Part shown: in pieces, positions 19,402 to 30,585 of the stretch
Position numbering within the stretch: position 1 is the first letter of the stretch
How the letters are laid out: each line of letters opens with the position of its first letter
Assembly: GCA_049320885.1 (NCBI GenBank)
Contig: JBMORA010000048.1
Span: 11,396-75,395 of the forward strand
Source: Thermodesulfobacteriota bacterium
GTDB taxonomy: Bacteria > Desulfobacterota > Desulfobacteria > Desulfobacterales > SURF-7
Length of the DNA: 64,000 nucleotides
Reading direction: 5' to 3'
Translations under genes and position numbers: made by a program
The notes under the pieces: model-generated
Database searches by the model: none
What the model was told of the DNA's origin: nothing
What the model saw: only the letters and a program-made list of their open reading frames with translations

Positions 19402-21888
19402 ATGAAAAAAGAACCGAAAAACACCATTGCACCGGACCCTCCGGAGAATGTCAGAACCGGACACGATCTCGAGAGCATCAAGCAGGATCTCCTGGAAAAC
19501 CTCCAGTATGTCCTGGCCAAACCAGCCGCCATGAGAACCCTGAACGACCATTATCTGGCCGTGGCCTACAGTGTCCGCAACCGGATGATCAAACGCTGGA
19601 GCGACACGGTTGAAAAATTCTTTGCCTCCAACTCCAAGGCAGTCTGCTATTTCTCGGCTGAATTCCTCATTGGCCCCCAGCTGAGGCGGAACCTGATCAG
19701 TCTGGATATCTACGACACCATGAACCGGGCCACCGCCGAGCTGGGGATGAACCTGAACGGCATCATCGAACACGAACCGGAGCCGGGCCTGGGCAATGGC
19801 GGTCTGGGCCGTCTGGCCGCCTGCTACATGGAGTCCTTCGCCACCCTGGGCGTACCCGCCATCGGGTATGGAATCCGGTATGAGCACGGCATGTTTCATC
19901 AGACCTTCCGGGACGGCTGGCAGGTGGAACTTACCGACAACTGGCTGCAACTGGGAAACCCCTGGGAAATTCCTCGTCCCGAACGGGTATATGACGTGTA
20001 TTTCGGCGGCCGGACGGAACATGTCGCCGGCCCCGACGGTAAAAAAAGGGTTGTCTGGCACCCGGCCAAAATCGTCCGCGGCATGGCCTACGACACCCCC
20101 ATACTGGGATATCAGGTTGAATCCGCCGGCATGCTGCGCCTTTGGAAAGCCGAGGCCCACGAGTCCTTCGATTTTCAGGACTTCAATACCGGCGATTACT
20201 ACGGCGCCGTGGAAATGAAAATTACCGCCGAAAACATCACCAAGGTGCTCTATCCCAATGACGAGCAGATGCAGGGCAAACAGCTGCGCCTGGAACAGCA
20301 ATTCTTTTTCGTGACCTGCTCCCTGCAGAACCTGATCGAGATGCACCTCTTGAGGGAAAGGACCCTGGACAATTTCCCCCAAACCTTCGCCGTGCAGTTG
20401 AACGACACCCACCCTTCCATCGCCGTGGCGGAATTGATGCGCCTGTTGGTGGACGAGCATGGATTGGAATGGGAGTGGGCCTGGCGCATCACGGAAAACA
20501 CCTTCGGCTACACGAATCACACCCTGCTGCCCGAGGCCCTGGAAAAATGGCCCCTGCCGCTGTTCGCCGCCCTGCTCCCCCGCCACCTGGAAATCATTTA
20601 CGAGATCAACCGGCGCTTCCTGGACCATGTCCTGCTCAATTGCGCCCATCTGAACGTGCGCCCGGATGCGGTGTCCCTCATCGACGAGACCGACCAGAAA
20701 TACGTCCGCATGGCCAACCTGGCCTGTGTCGGCAGTCACGCCATCAACGGTGTTGCCGAACTGCACACGGAACTGTTGAAATCCCATACGCTCAAGGAGT
20801 TCCACACCTTGATGCCTGAAAAATTCAGCAACAAAACCAATGGGGTAACCCCGCGTCGCTGGATCGTCCTGTGCAATCCGCGGCTGGCCGGCTTGATAAC
20901 GGAGAAAATCGGCGATGGCTGGATCAGAGACCTGGAACGGCTGCGCGAATTGGAGAATTTCGCCGACAACCAGGGCTTCCTGGCCAAATGGTGGCTGGTG
21001 AAACAAAACAACAAACGGGAACAGGCGGAATATGTACTGAAAAAAACCGGCGTGGTATTGAATACGGATTCCCTTTTCGATGTCCAGGTGAAACGCATCC
21101 ACGAATACAAACGCCAGCACCTGAATGTTCTGCATATCATCAGCCTGTACAACCGCATCAAAAAAAATCCGGGTGCCGATATAACCCCGCGCACGTTTGT
21201 CTTCGGCGGCAAGGCGGCGCCGGGTTATTACATGGCCAAGCTGATCATCAAACTCATCAATTCCGTGGCGGATGTCGTCAACCGGGACCCGGATGTGGGC
21301 GGCAGGTTGAAAATCGTGTTCATCCGCAACTTCAATGTCAAACTGGGGCATCGGATATATCCACCGGCGGACCTGTCCGAACAAATCTCCACTGCCGGGA
21401 AAGAGGCCTCGGGCACTGGCAACATGAAATTTTCCATGAACGGCGCCCTGACCATCGGTACTCTGGACGGCGCGAACGTCGAAATCCGGCAGGAAGTCGG
21501 CGCAGAAAACTTTTTTCTGTTCGGCCTGAACGCCCATGAGGTGCAGGAACTGAAGGCAAGCGGTTATCGCCCCCTGGACTATTACCATGCCAATCCGGAT
21601 CTCCGGGAGGTCATCGACCTCATCCGTTCCGGCGTTTTCTCAAATGGAAACGAAGAGTTGTTCAAACCGCTGGTGGACTCACTGCTCTACGAGGACAAAT
21701 ACATGCTCCTGGCCGATTATTCATCCTACCTGGATTGTCAGGCGAAAGTGGACCGGCTCTGGAAAAACCAGGAAATGTGGACCCGCATGTCGCTGCTCAA
21801 CGTCGCCCGGATGGGAAAATTTTCCTCGGACCGCGCCATCCGGGAATATTGCCGGGATATATGGAAGGTGGCGGTGCACGACCGATAA
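19402..21888 (+). CDS. glgP: Glycogen/starch/alpha-glucan phosphorylase
   Basis: GLGNGGLGRLAAC, QLNDTHP, VKRIHEYKRQ, EASGTGNMK (PLP lysine). Confidence 0.97.
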   Translation: MKKEPKNTIAPDPPENVRTGHDLESIKQDLLENLQYVLAKPAAMRTLNDHYLAVAYSVRNRMIKRWSDTVEKFFASNSKAVCYFSAEFLIGPQLRRNLISLDIYDTMNRATAELGMNLNGIIEHEPEPGLGNGGLGRLAACYMESFATLGVPAIGYGIRYEHGMFHQTFRDGWQVELTDNWLQLGNPWEIPRPERVYDVYFGGRTEHVAGPDGKKRVVWHPAKIVRGMAYDTPILGYQVESAGMLRLWKAEAHESFDFQDFNTGDYYGAVEMKITAENITKVLYPNDEQMQGKQLRLEQQFFFVTCSLQNLIEMHLLRERTLDNFPQTFAVQLNDTHPSIAVAELMRLLVDEHGLEWEWAWRITENTFGYTNHTLLPEALEKWPLPLFAALLPRHLEIIYEINRRFLDHVLLNCAHLNVRPDAVSLIDETDQKYVRMANLACVGSHAINGVAELHTELLKSHTLKEFHTLMPEKFSNKTNGVTPRRWIVLCNPRLAGLITEKIGDGWIRDLERLRELENFADNQGFLAKWWLVKQNNKREQAEYVLKKTGVVLNTDSLFDVQVKRIHEYKRQHLNVLHIISLYNRIKKNPGADITPRTFVFGGKAAPGYYMAKLIIKLINSVADVVNRDPDVGGRLKIVFIRNFNVKLGHRIYPPADLSEQISTAGKEASGTGNMKFSMNGALTIGTLDGANVEIRQEVGAENFFLFGLNAHEVQELKASGYRPLDYYHANPDLREVIDLIRSGVFSNGNEELFKPLVDSLLYEDKYMLLADYSSYLDCQAKVDRLWKNQEMWTRMSLLNVARMGKFSSDRAIREYCRDIWKVAVHDR

Positions 21889-21966
21889 ATTTATTGGTAC
21901 TATACTTGCATAATTTTCTCCGTAATAAGGCCGCAACCCTACTGTTACCTTAAAGGAGAAGAGCGC

Positions 21967-22329
21967 ATGCTTTCCAGTATCCGGCAACGCCAGGAATCCA
22001 ACAGCCACCATGTATCGGTTCTCCAGACGGAATATCACAGCGTGGAGATCGCCCTGGACGATTTCGCGCTGTTGTACCAGTTCCGGCTGCGAAAAACAGA
22101 ATCCTGCCCCATGTGTTTCATCGTCCGCAAGGATTCCCAGCTGCTCCAGCAACTGGAGGTGGGCCGGGTTTTCCAGATGAAATTCCATGCCAGCGGCGCA
22201 CCGGGATCAACCCCGTATATGAATACGAGAATCGAAACAATTTCAATTGATTCCAGCGGATGTTTCAAGGATCACTGTATTGTTGGGCTGGCGGTCGTCG
22301 AGTCGCCCCCCCCTGTTTCCATGCACTGA
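21967..22329 (+). CDS. Hypothetical protein (possibly degenerate PilZ-like)
   Basis: RBS AAGGAG; 120 aa beta-rich ORF (LYQFRLR...MCFIVRKDS...IVGLAV). Confidence 0.6.
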   Translation: MLSSIRQRQESNSHHVSVLQTEYHSVEIALDDFALLYQFRLRKTESCPMCFIVRKDSQLLQQLEVGRVFQMKFHASGAPGSTPYMNTRIETISIDSSGCFKDHCIVGLAVVESPPPVSMH

Positions 22330-22835
22330 TGGATACAGCTGCCGCGTACGGGCCTCAGCCTATTGAAAATTAATAAGGATATCGAAATGCCATCGCCAAA
22401 TATGGATTCGGACGGTATTGATTTTCCACGCATGAATCAGTTTTTTCGTTTTCAGCAATTCTATTTCTGGGAATTATCCCTGCCCTGGGTTCAGGCTCCC
22501 CCGAAAGCCTCCCGCCGATTGATGGCGCATTCGATGGGACACCTGCCCGGCGATCCGTCTGGACCATCGGATTACCCCAGGGACGATTTCCAAGGCATCC
22601 GGCAACCGTTGCCCGTTGCGGCCAACCAGTTACCCTGGTGAAACCGGTCCGGCTCTGAATACAAAAAAACATCTTCCGTATCTTTTTTTATACTTTCATC
22701 CATCTGCCCCAGCCGAGCTCTTGACGCCCCTCCATGATTGCGGTTATGGAATTCATCCATTACGATGAGGTCATCCGGAAAGCCCATTACGGAAGCCGTT
22801 TCAGAAATCCGCGGTTCCATCTTCGGGAGAACGAT

Positions 22836-24380
22836 ATGAAGACCCTGAAAAAATCGATCATTCATCTGGTCCTGGCCTTGATATTCCTTGCCGCCGCCAG
22901 CCATGCCGCGGATCCTTCGGCAACGGATTTCACGGTTTTGTTTTTCAACGATCTGCACGGCCACCTGCAACCATTTACCGTGAAAACCGAAAACGGCACC
23001 GGGGAAGTGGGCGGCATCGCCCGGATGGCCGCCCTGGTGAAATCCATCCGCGCCGACAACGACCGCAAGGGGGCCAAAACTTTCCTGGTGGTGGCCGGGG
23101 ACATCCTCCAGGGCACCCCCCTGTCCACCCTGTTCCGCGGCGAACCCGACATCGAATGTTTCAACCGCATGGGCGTGGATGTCGTCACCATCGGCAATCA
23201 TGAATTCGATTTCGGCCTGGACAACCTGGGGCGATTGCGGCAACAGGCCGCATTCCCCTTCATCAGCGCCAACATCGTCCGGCAAGACGGCGGCCGACCC
23301 CTGGCGGATTCAGCGGCATTTCTCGAGCTGGGCGGGGGGAGGCGCCTCCTGGTCATCGGGGTCACCACTCCGGATCTGATGACCACCACCAATCCGGATC
23401 ATGTCGCGGAACTCCAGGTGACGGATCCGGTCTCGGCGGTCGTGGACGTTTTCAATCGTTACGGACGCCCTGGTCCGGCGATCCTCTTGTCCCACTGCCG
23501 CCACCGGACCGACCGGGAAATTGCCGAAGCCCTGCCGGAGCTGGCGGCCATCATCGGCGGCCATGATCAGATTCTGCTCTCCCCCCGCCGTCTGGTGAAC
23601 GGTGTACCGATTTTTCAGGCCTTTGAAAAAGGCCGTTACCTGGGCCGGTTGGATTTTCAAATCCAAGAAAAAACCGGCAAGGCCGTCCTGATCGCCGACA
23701 CCTATCTGCCGGTCACCGCCGCCATTGCCCCTGATCCGGAAATGGAGGCCCTTGTGAAGTCCTATAGCGACCGGATGGATGCCCGCTTCAGCCAAGTCAT
23801 CGGCACCGCGGCGGTGTTCCTGGACGGCGAACGCGAGCACATCCGCTGGGAGGAAACCACCCTGGGCAATTTCGTCACCGACACCATGCGCCGCCACACC
23901 GGTACCCGCATCTCCCTGCTCAACGCCGGCAGTCTCAGGGCCAGTATCAACACCGGCGCCATTACCGTGGCGGATGTATTCCGGGCCATGCCCTATGCCA
24001 ACGAACTCGTCACCCTCGAACTCTCCGGCCGGGAGCTCCTTCGGGTTCTGGAGCGCGCAGTGCAGGGACAACGCGAAGAAGAGGACGGCGGATTCCTGCA
24101 TGTATCCGGCTTGCGCCTCACCATTGAGGGGAACAGGCCGGTGCGGGTCCTCGTGGACCCGGAAGGCGGCCCGCTGCTGCCGGAGGCTGTCTATTCCGTG
24201 ACCATTACCGATTTCCTGCATGCCGGCGGAGACGGTTACCGGATTTTCTCTGGCAAACCGGCCGTCCGCACCGGGCTGCCCTTGCGGGAACTGCTCGTGG
24301 ACCAGATCCGGTCCCTGAAAACGGTTTCGTCCGCCCTGGACGGCCGCATCAACCGCCTTGAAGGCGGCAAAACCCCATGA
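22836..24380 (+). CDS. Periplasmic 5'-nucleotidase (UshA family)
   Basis: Signal peptide; FNDLHGHL, AGDILQGT, GNHEFD, GGHDQ, NAGSLR, GGDGY. Confidence 0.92.
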   Translation: MKTLKKSIIHLVLALIFLAAASHAADPSATDFTVLFFNDLHGHLQPFTVKTENGTGEVGGIARMAALVKSIRADNDRKGAKTFLVVAGDILQGTPLSTLFRGEPDIECFNRMGVDVVTIGNHEFDFGLDNLGRLRQQAAFPFISANIVRQDGGRPLADSAAFLELGGGRRLLVIGVTTPDLMTTTNPDHVAELQVTDPVSAVVDVFNRYGRPGPAILLSHCRHRTDREIAEALPELAAIIGGHDQILLSPRRLVNGVPIFQAFEKGRYLGRLDFQIQEKTGKAVLIADTYLPVTAAIAPDPEMEALVKSYSDRMDARFSQVIGTAAVFLDGEREHIRWEETTLGNFVTDTMRRHTGTRISLLNAGSLRASINTGAITVADVFRAMPYANELVTLELSGRELLRVLERAVQGQREEEDGGFLHVSGLRLTIEGNRPVRVLVDPEGGPLLPEAVYSVTITDFLHAGGDGYRIFSGKPAVRTGLPLRELLVDQIRSLKTVSSALDGRINRLEGGKTP

Positions 24381-25387
24381 AAGCGACAACGTCATGCCCT
24401 CCGGCGACACCGACAGCCGCCGGAATTCCGTTCCAGTTGATTCTGGCCCCCATCCGCGGCATCACCGACTGGGTCTATCGCTCCGTTTTCCAGCGCCATT
24501 TTCAAGGCTTCGATCTGGCCGTTGCGCCTTTCATCGCCACGGTTCCATCCTCCCGGTTCGCGCCCAGGCTCCTCAAGGACGTGCTGCCGGAAAACAACAG
24601 GGGGATGCGGATCATCCCCCAGCTCTTGGGCAAAACGCCCGCGGATTTCATCCGCATGGCCCGCTGTCTCCATGACCTGGGGCATGAAACCGTCAACTGG
24701 AATCTCGGCTGCCCCTATCCCATGGTGGCCCGCAAAGGCAGGGGTTCCGGGCTCCTGCCGTTTCCGGAAAAAATTCAGGTCTTCCTGGACCATGTCGTTC
24801 CCGCCATTCCCAACCGCCTGTCCGTCAAAACCCGCCTCGGCCGGGAGGAACCCGGCGAAATCCGGCAGGTGCTGGGGGTCCTGAACCAGTTCCCCCTGAC
24901 CGACCTGATCGTTCATCCCCGCACCGGCATCCAGATGTACACCGGGACCATCCACCGGGACATGTTCCGCTGGTGCCTGGAGAACAGCCGCCATCCGGTG
25001 ATATATAACGGCGATATCACCGACACCCGGACATTCGGCGAGCTGCGGCGGCTGTTTCCCGATGTCGGGACCTTTATGATCGGCAGGGGGGCGCTGGCGG
25101 ATCCATTTCTGCCCGCCGAATTGCGGGGTCTGAAACCGCCAACGCCACCGGAAAAAGTCGCCGCCCTGAAGCGCTTCCATGATGACCTGCTGGCGGCCTA
25201 CACCCCCCTGTTCAGCGGGCCGGCTCACCTGACGGACCGCATGAAAGCCCACTGGCAATACTGGGCCGCCTCTTTTGCGGACGGCGCGAAATTGCTGAAA
25301 GCCGTCCGCAAAACCCGCCATGTCGATGCCTACCGCATCACCATCGAACAGCTTTTCTCCCGGGGACTCACCTGGAAATCCGGCTAA
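24377..25387 (+). CDS. tRNA-dihydrouridine synthase family protein
   Basis: ILAPIRGITD, NWNLGCPYPMV, SVKTRLG, VHPRT, YNGDI, MIGRGAL; ATGA overlap with upstream gene. Confidence 0.9.
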   Translation: MKATTSCPPATPTAAGIPFQLILAPIRGITDWVYRSVFQRHFQGFDLAVAPFIATVPSSRFAPRLLKDVLPENNRGMRIIPQLLGKTPADFIRMARCLHDLGHETVNWNLGCPYPMVARKGRGSGLLPFPEKIQVFLDHVVPAIPNRLSVKTRLGREEPGEIRQVLGVLNQFPLTDLIVHPRTGIQMYTGTIHRDMFRWCLENSRHPVIYNGDITDTRTFGELRRLFPDVGTFMIGRGALADPFLPAELRGLKPPTPPEKVAALKRFHDDLLAAYTPLFSGPAHLTDRMKAHWQYWAASFADGAKLLKAVRKTRHVDAYRITIEQLFSRGLTWKSG

Positions 25388-25405
25388 GCAGATCAGGGGG
25401 GAATT

Positions 25406-27682
25406 TCATTCCAATATGGAACGGATTTTTGTTGAAAGTTCCAAGATGTTGGAAGGTTTTTGGATGAATCCGTTGCACCCCTTGTTCATGATTTCGTTGG
25501 CTTGACCGTTGATGGAATAGCCGCTTGAAAGCAACACCGGGATCCCCGGTTGAATTTCTCTGATGAGATTGAAGGCGGTGCCGCCGTCCATGCCCGGCAT
25601 GATCATGTCGAGTATGACCAGATCGATTTTGGTGTCTTTCATCCTCAATCGTTCGCAGGCCTCTTTGCCGCTTTTTGCCGCGATGACATGGTATCCCAAG
25701 GTTTCCAGAATGGCCCGGGTCACCTCGATGATCATTTCCTCGTCATCAACCAGAAGAATGGTCTCGGAGCCCTTGACCAATGTGTTTTCAATACCGGGTT
25801 CGGACAGCGGCTTTTTTTTCGAAATCGGTAAATAGATATGGAAGGTGCTGCCAAAGCTTATTTCGCTCCTTACCGTTATCATGCCATTGTGATTGCGGAT
25901 AATGCCATAGGCAGAGGCCAGTCCCAGGCCGGTTCCGCGGCCTTTTTCCTTGGTCGTAAAAAACGGATCGAAAATTTTTTGCCTTGTTTCTTCGTCCATG
26001 CCGATGCCCGTGTCGGAAATTGAAATTCTGGAGTACCAGCCGGGCCTGGTCTCGTAGTATCGGCAGAATTCCTCGCTGAGCAAAATGCCGCCGGTTTCGA
26101 TAAACAGATCGCCTCCGTTCGGCATCGCCTGCCATGCGTTTACAAACATGTTCAGAAGTACCTGCTTGATCTGCTCCCGGTCAACCTCAACCACCAACGG
26201 TTCCTGAAACTTGGCATGAATTCTGATTTCCTTTTTCGTCCTTCCGAACATGTTCGCGCTTTCTTGAACAATTTCATTTAACTCCGCCGGTTTTGTTTCA
26301 TATTTTCCGCCCCGGGCAAGTCCTAGAAGTTGTCCCGTCAGATCGCTAGCGCTTTTCACATACGACTCTATCCCGCGCAGATGTTCGAGATGCGGGTGAG
26401 GCGTTTGCGGATCGATCGACAGGAGGGACGCCCGGCCCTGGATTCCCATCAATATGTTATTGAAATCATGGGCGATTCCTCCAGCAAGCGTCCCGATCGC
26501 TTCCAGCTTCTGCGATTGGATCAGTTGCATCCGCAAATTCTCTCTTTCCGCTTCGGCATGTTTCCGTTCCGTGATGTCGGTGAAAATACCTTCGACCCCC
26601 AGTAAATTCCCTTCCTTGTCGTAATAGAAATGACTGTTGGTGGAGACGATGACCGGTGAGCCGTCCTTTCGCTTCAGCGTTACCTCATAGTCTTTTACCC
26701 GACCGTATTTTTTCAGTTGATGAAGAAACAGCAACCGATCCTCCGGATTGCAATAGAATTCCCGGGCGATGTTTCTGCCGATCAATTCATCCGCAGTGGG
26801 GATTCCCAGCAGACGGGCGCCGGATGGGCTTACGAAGGTGATATTCCCGCTGGTGTCGGCGCGGTACAAAGTATCCGTCATGTTTTCCACCAGATTCCGG
26901 TACTGCTCCTCGCTGACCTTCAGCGATTCTTCACTTCTTTTTTGTTCCGTTATATCGAACAGCGACAGAAGGCGGAGATCGGTTCCGGGTATGCCGCTCA
27001 TCCAGAGGATGACATCCCGGCGCTCGGCGGCTTTCGTTCGCATGGATGTTTCCAGTTTCAGGGAATGATGGGAAGGCAGGGGGCGGCAGTTGTTTTGATA
27101 CCCGGCCAAGATGTCGGCCGTTGTTTCTTCAGCGAACAAACTTGTCCAGTTTTTCTTGCCTTCCAGTTCTTCCTTGCGGTATCCGCTCAGCTTTTCAAAC
27201 TCATGGTTGACCAACAGAATCGTATGATCTCGCTTTACAAACAGTATGCCGGCGCCGACATTTTCAAAGAGCGCTTTGTAAAAGGGTTCCGATATCTGAC
27301 AGTCATGGGTTTCATTCAATCGGCCGCTGACCTCGCTCCCCTGCGCGATAATGGCCTGGAGCCGTGAATCTTGGTCACTGTATACATGGAAAGTACTCCA
27401 GAGGAAGGTGCGGATGTTACCTTCCTTGGTTATGATCGGCAGAACGGCGGAATCCCAATGAACTCCCGACGAAGCCTGTTCGATTCGGATCTTATTCAGC
27501 TCATGTTCCGGGAAGGCGAACAAAGAATCCACGCCGACACCGCGAATCTCATCGGACCGATAACCGGTTTTTTTCTCGAAGGCCTTGTTGACGAAGAGTA
27601 TTTTCGAATCCTGATCCCAGGCGATGACCGACGCTTCGGAGGTGTTCAAAAAATGTCGCAACTGTTCAGGCATGGTAGTCAT
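25406..27682 (-). CDS. Cytoplasmic PAS-domain hybrid sensor histidine kinase/response regulator
   Basis: Three PAS domains; [11 protein letters not shown]-box; [19 protein letters not shown]; receiver LLVDDE...[11 protein letters not shown]. Confidence 0.95.
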   Translation of the reverse strand: MTTMPEQLRHFLNTSEASVIAWDQDSKILFVNKAFEKKTGYRSDEIRGVGVDSLFAFPEHELNKIRIEQASSGVHWDSAVLPIITKEGNIRTFLWSTFHVYSDQDSRLQAIIAQGSEVSGRLNETHDCQISEPFYKALFENVGAGILFVKRDHTILLVNHEFEKLSGYRKEELEGKKNWTSLFAEETTADILAGYQNNCRPLPSHHSLKLETSMRTKAAERRDVILWMSGIPGTDLRLLSLFDITEQKRSEESLKVSEEQYRNLVENMTDTLYRADTSGNITFVSPSGARLLGIPTADELIGRNIAREFYCNPEDRLLFLHQLKKYGRVKDYEVTLKRKDGSPVIVSTNSHFYYDKEGNLLGVEGIFTDITERKHAEAERENLRMQLIQSQKLEAIGTLAGGIAHDFNNILMGIQGRASLLSIDPQTPHPHLEHLRGIESYVKSASDLTGQLLGLARGGKYETKPAELNEIVQESANMFGRTKKEIRIHAKFQEPLVVEVDREQIKQVLLNMFVNAWQAMPNGGDLFIETGGILLSEEFCRYYETRPGWYSRISISDTGIGMDEETRQKIFDPFFTTKEKGRGTGLGLASAYGIIRNHNGMITVRSEISFGSTFHIYLPISKKKPLSEPGIENTLVKGSETILLVDDEEMIIEVTRAILETLGYHVIAAKSGKEACERLRMKDTKIDLVILDMIMPGMDGGTAFNLIREIQPGIPVLLSSGYSINGQANEIMNKGCNGFIQKPSNILELSTKIRSILE

Positions 27683-27931
27683 GAAGCGAATTTCGCGTCT
27701 TTGGGATGTTTTCAGATAATTATATGATTCTTATCGGAATTATATAAACCATGCTGGTTATCAAGTCAATAACCGTATGGGGTACTCCTCTTGACCGTCC
27801 GGATCAGGACGAATGCGCCGATACTGCCACCACAGGATCGGGTCGAAGAAACCCCCTTGCCTGAAACGGCGAGGACATGATACAGGTCATTTTCAATGCA
27901 ATTTCATCCCCCCTTCCTGAAAGGAACTTTG

Positions 27932-28783
27932 ATGCTGAACCGAATCGCCGCCGCTTTGCTGGTTTTTCTTTTCATTCCCGTCCAATCACAGGCCCTGGCG
28001 GCCGGAGATCCCAATGACGCCGAAGGCGGCAAGGATCCGGCCCTGTTCAGCCGCATGCCGGGCTTCCACATCTACCAGTACCAGGAAATCGATTTCGACC
28101 GCTTTGATTTTCCGGTGGGACCCGATAAAAATCAAGCGGTGGAGGGAAGGCATTTCAGCATCGATTACTACGCCAATGAAGGCATCCAGATTCCCAGCGG
28201 CCTTCAAATCTCGCGCAATTATGCCAATGCCGCCAAATCCGTCGGCGGTGAAACCGTTTACGAATACGAAGACGGCGGCATCCAGTACACCACCCTGAAG
28301 GTCGCCCAGAAGGACGCCGAGGTCTGGGCCCTGGTTTCGGGAGCCAGCAACGGCATGTACAAGGTGCATATCGTTGCAAGGCAGGCCATGAAGCAGGAAG
28401 TGACGGCCAACGCCGAAAACCTGGCCGGCAGCATCACCGCCACCGGAAAAGCCGCGATCTACGGCATTTATTTCGATACCGGCAAAGCCGAGATCAAGCC
28501 CGCGTCGGAACCGGCTGTCACTGAAATTGCCAAGCTGCTCAAGGCCGATCCGAAACTCAAGATTTTCGTGGTGGGACATACCGACAATGTCGGGGCCTTC
28601 GATTCCAACCTGCAACTCTCCCGGAACCGCGCCGCGGCGGTGGTCGCCGCGTTGGTCGGCAAACACGCCGTCGCCGCTTCCCGCCTGACGCCCTTCGGAG
28701 CCGGCCCCACCGCCCCGGTGGCTGCCAATACCAGCGAGGAAGGCCGGGCCAAAAACCGCCGGGTGGAATTGGTTGCCCAGTGA
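27932..28783 (+). CDS. Exported OmpA-family peptidoglycan-binding protein with DUF4892-like N-terminus
   Basis: Signal peptide; DAEGGKDPALFSRMPG; IYFDTGKA...VGHTD...NLQLSRNRA...GRAKNRRVE. Confidence 0.88.
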   Translation: MLNRIAAALLVFLFIPVQSQALAAGDPNDAEGGKDPALFSRMPGFHIYQYQEIDFDRFDFPVGPDKNQAVEGRHFSIDYYANEGIQIPSGLQISRNYANAAKSVGGETVYEYEDGGIQYTTLKVAQKDAEVWALVSGASNGMYKVHIVARQAMKQEVTANAENLAGSITATGKAAIYGIYFDTGKAEIKPASEPAVTEIAKLLKADPKLKIFVVGHTDNVGAFDSNLQLSRNRAAAVVAALVGKHAVAASRLTPFGAGPTAPVAANTSEEGRAKNRRVELVAQ

Positions 28784-28946
28784 CCTTCATGGAAAAACAA
28801 AGGCGGGATCGTCCATCTCCAAAACGGGGCTTGAATGATCCCGCCATTTGTAGTATTTTCTTTCATCCTAAGATAGTCGACGGTATCCGGAACAACGGCA
28901 TCGAGCGTCGGACCCCGATACGGTTCACCCTGACCCTCAACCGCTC

Positions 28947-29393
28947 ATGGAATATGAAGGAATGGATGTGGCCACCCAAGCAGCCCCCGACTCCGTCCTC
29001 TGGCCCCTGGCCCTGTACTGCGCCGTCGTAATTTTTCTGGCCGCCGTCATCGTGGGTCTTTCGGCTTTGCTGGGTCAGCGTCATTCGGAAAGGACCACGG
29101 GTGAGCCTTATGAGTCCGGCATCGCCCCCACCGGATCGGCGCGGATCCGGTTCGATATCAAATTTTATCTTTCGGCCATGTTTTTCGTCCTGTTCGACCT
29201 GGAGGCGGTGTTCATTTTTGCCTGGGCCATCGCGGCCCGCCCCCTGGGATGGACCGGTTATCTGGAGATTCTGATTTTCATCATCGTTCTCGTACTGGCC
29301 CTTTTTTATCTCTGGCGCGTGGGTGCCCTGGATTGGAGAACGGCCAAGCACCGGATCTGCTTGATTCAGGACGAGAAACCGCCGTCGGGATGA
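28947..29393 (+). CDS. nuoA: NADH:quinone oxidoreductase subunit A
   Basis: PYESGI, FYLSAMFFVLFDLE, GALDW; start may be 28962. Confidence 0.95.
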   Translation: MEYEGMDVATQAAPDSVLWPLALYCAVVIFLAAVIVGLSALLGQRHSERTTGEPYESGIAPTGSARIRFDIKFYLSAMFFVLFDLEAVFIFAWAIAARPLGWTGYLEILIFIIVLVLALFYLWRVGALDWRTAKHRICLIQDEKPPSG

Positions 29394-29524
29394 CAATGGA
29401 CCGGCGGTCGAAGTGAATCCAATTCAAGGCGCCCGCGGGAAGAACGGTTTCACCGTTTGGCCTTTACGAGGGTTTCCCGGGTTTCGCTTCGTTCGTCAAC
29501 CTTAACCGAAACAGAAGCCGTGCC

Positions 29525-29959
29525 ATGAAAAATGTAAGAGATTTGTTGCTGGAAAAAGGCGGGCAGGTGCATACCGTATCTCCGGACGCGACGGTTTACG
29601 AAGCGCTCCAGTTAATGGCCGACCGGAACATCGGCGCTCTGGTGGTTTGTGACGGGAAAGACATGAAAGGACTTTTTTCCGAGCGCGACTACGCCCGCAA
29701 GATCGTCCTGAAAGGCAAGCTCTCCAAGGAAATCCGGGTCCGGGAGATCATGACCACGGAAATCATTCATGTCACTCCGGACCAGGACATCGAGACCTGC
29801 ATGGAATTGATGAGCCATCATCATATCCGCCATCTGCCGGTTCTGGAACAGGGCCGCTTAAGCGGCCTCGTCTCCATCGGCGATGTGGTCAAGGCGATCA
29901 TCGAACACAAGGAAGAAATCATCGAGCAGCTGGAAAGTTATATCAAGGGGAAACGATAA
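29525..29959 (+). CDS. Stand-alone tandem CBS-domain protein
   Basis: [24 protein letters not shown]...[11 protein letters not shown]...IRHLPV...SIGDVVK; TAATG overlap with nuoB. Confidence 0.92.
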   Translation: MKNVRDLLLEKGGQVHTVSPDATVYEALQLMADRNIGALVVCDGKDMKGLFSERDYARKIVLKGKLSKEIRVREIMTTEIIHVTPDQDIETCMELMSHHHIRHLPVLEQGRLSGLVSIGDVVKAIIEHKEEIIEQLESYIKGKR

Positions 29960-30582
29960 TGCGATTACAGGATGCATTTTCCAGGATCACGGGCCTGCCG
30001 GACACCGGGGATGAGCTGGGAGGCAACATCGTGTTCACCCGGCTGCAACAGCTGGCGGCCTGGGGCCGCAAGCATTCCATCTGGCCTTTCGGTTTCGGTC
30101 TCTCCTGCTGCTTTGTGGAACTGGCCACCAGTCTCACCAGCCGGTACGACATCGCCCGTTTCGGCGCGGAAGTCATCCGGGGAACCCCCCGGGAGGCGGA
30201 CCTGATGATCATCGCCGGCACCCCGTTCATCAAGATGGCGCCCATCATCCAGCGGCTGTATGAACAGATGATGGAACCCCGCTGGGTCATTTCCATGGGT
30301 TCCTGCGCCAATTCCGGCGGCATGTACGATGTCTACAGCGTGATCCAGGGTGTGGACAAGATTCTGCCGGTGGATGTCTATATACCGGGTTGCCCGCCCA
30401 ATCCGGCCGCCTTCATCCACGGCGTGATGCTGCTTCAGGAAAAAATCGGTGCTGAAAAACGTCCCCTGAGCTGGGTTGTCGGCCCGCAACAAGTGGAAAG
30501 CGCCCCGCTCCCCTCCATGCGGGATCGCAGACGCGAAGAAAGAAAGCGCATGACGGAACTGCGTTCCCCGGACGGGGTTTGA
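29959..30582 (+). CDS. nuoB: NADH:quinone oxidoreductase subunit B
   Basis: [26 protein letters not shown] (N2 ligands). Confidence 0.96.
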   Translation: MRLQDAFSRITGLPDTGDELGGNIVFTRLQQLAAWGRKHSIWPFGFGLSCCFVELATSLTSRYDIARFGAEVIRGTPREADLMIIAGTPFIKMAPIIQRLYEQMMEPRWVISMGSCANSGGMYDVYSVIQGVDKILPVDVYIPGCPPNPAAFIHGVMLLQEKIGAEKRPLSWVVGPQQVESAPLPSMRDRRREERKRMTELRSPDGV

Positions 30583-30585
30583 GCA

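Noticed and set aside
19267..21588. Long antisense ORFs (773 aa here; also 47095-49677 and 52086-55436)
   Set aside because: They lie opposite well-supported genes and are typical shadows of GC-rich codon usage, with no recognisable motifs
22363..22641. 92-aa ORF in the gap before the 5'-nucleotidase gene
   Set aside because: No recognisable motif or convincing start; no RNA motif recognised either
29394..29524. Riboswitch in the nuoA-CBS gap, and in 8430-8600 and 46620-46860
   Set aside because: No conserved aptamer motifs (c-di-GMP, SAM, THF, cobalamin) recognised by eye; a covariance search would be needed to exclude them
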